Origin: Candidatus Krumholzibacteriota bacterium
Lineage (GTDB): Bacteria; Krumholzibacteriota; Krumholzibacteriia; JAJRXK01
Length of the DNA: 64,000 bases
Direction: 5' to 3'
Assembly: GCA_963727455.1 (NCBI GenBank)
Contig: CAVSGG010000012.1
Span: forward strand, 88,609-152,608
Positions 63,295 to 64,000 of this stretch are shown piece by piece (position 1 is the first letter of the stretch; each line of letters starts with the position of its first letter). The position numbers and the translations under genes are program-made. A model generated the notes under the pieces. That model did no database searches and was not told where the DNA came from. It worked only from the letters and a program-made list of their open reading frames with translations.

Positions 63295-64000
63295 CTACTG
63301 GAACTCCACATCCACGAAGACCCGCTTGCCCACCTTCAGGCGGTAGCGACGCCCCACCCCCGCCGGCAGCTCCATCTGTGGACTGTCCGCCCGCTGTCCA
63401 TCCACGGAGACCCCACCCTGCTCGATGAGGCGGCGCGCCTCACCACGGCTCTTCACCAGGCTCAGATCGCTTAGGAGCTTGACGAGCCAGTAGTCCTTGT
63501 CCTGGGCAGGCAGGCGCCGGCACTCGACCTCTTCGGGCTCCCCTTTGTCCACGAAGATGCGGTCGAAGGCGGTCTCCGCCTCGTGCGCAGCGTTCTCGCT
63601 GTGGTACTGGCCGATGATGTTGCGCGCCAAGCTCCGCTTGAGTTTGGCGGGATGACTCTTGGGGTCCGCGAGCCGCTTGCGCACCTCGTCCATCGCGTCC
63701 GCGTCGAGATCGCTCACGAGTTCATACCAGCTGAGCATGAGATGGTCGGGGATGGACATGACCTTGCCGAACATCTCCTCGGGCGCATCGGTGATGCCGA
63801 TCGAGTTGCCCAAGCTCTTGGACATCTTCTCCACCCCATCGGTGCCCGGCAGTAGCGGCATTGTCAGAACGGTTTGCGGTCGTTGCCCGTAATGCGACTG
63901 CAGGTCCCTCCCCACGAGCAGGTTGAACTTCTGATCGGTGCCGCCCACTTCGACGTCGGACTTCAGAGCGACGGAGTCGTAGCCCTGAAAGAGAGGATAG
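63295..64000 (-). CDS. tyrS: Tyrosine--tRNA ligase (C-terminal part; start outside window)
   Basis: [23 protein letters not shown] and C-terminal S4 domain ([18 protein letters not shown]). Confidence 0.95.
   Translation of the reverse strand, partial: YPLFQGYDSVALKSDVEVGGTDQKFNLLVGRDLQSHYGQRPQTVLTMPLLPGTDGVEKMSKSLGNSIGITDAPEEMFGKVMSIPDHLMLSWYELVSDLDADAMDEVRKRLADPKSHPAKLKRSLARNIIGQYHSENAAHEAETAFDRIFVDKGEPEEVECRRLPAQDKDYWLVKLLSDLSLVKSRGEARRLIEQGGVSVDGQRADSPQMELPAGVGRRYRLKVGKRVFVDVEFQ

Overview
GC-rich bacterial chromosome segment, probably from an FCB-group lineage such as Krumholzibacteriota, Latescibacterota or Eisenbacteria. This placement is inferred from FlgD-Ig/T9SS-like C-terminal domains, a PorV-like barrel and a SWGxxKxxY tail. 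(1) 1-20 kb holds housekeeping and accessory genes: RND efflux, MFS, a START-like protein, a divergent succinyl-CoA-synthetase-like pair plus citryl-CoA lyase, an M14 peptidase, a secreted three-repeat protein with out-of-context kinase and VgrG motif fragments, thiG-thiH-thiS-leuC-leuD-aldolase, a metalloprotease, sppA and a thioesterase. Many of these genes carry frameshifts. (2) About 20-53 kb is a 33 kb block bounded by two diverged copies of the 3' end of the thioesterase gene, so it looks like an integrase-less island. It encodes a LacI-controlled, probable beta-1,2-glucan utilisation system: two GH144-like enzymes, GH94, GH1, a sugar ABC transporter and a discoidin-glycosidase. It also has its own TonB/ExbBDD/TPR/PstS-like module and a SusD-less uptake unit (TonB-dependent receptor, large CTD protein, PorV-like barrel). 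(3) 53-64 kb holds a Ser/Thr kinase-TPR/ECF sigma pair, a small basic protein with a structured leader, a complete rRNA operon on the minus strand (16S, tRNA-Ile, tRNA-Ala, 23S, 5S) and the 3' part of tyrS. No CRISPR array, integrase or transposase was seen.
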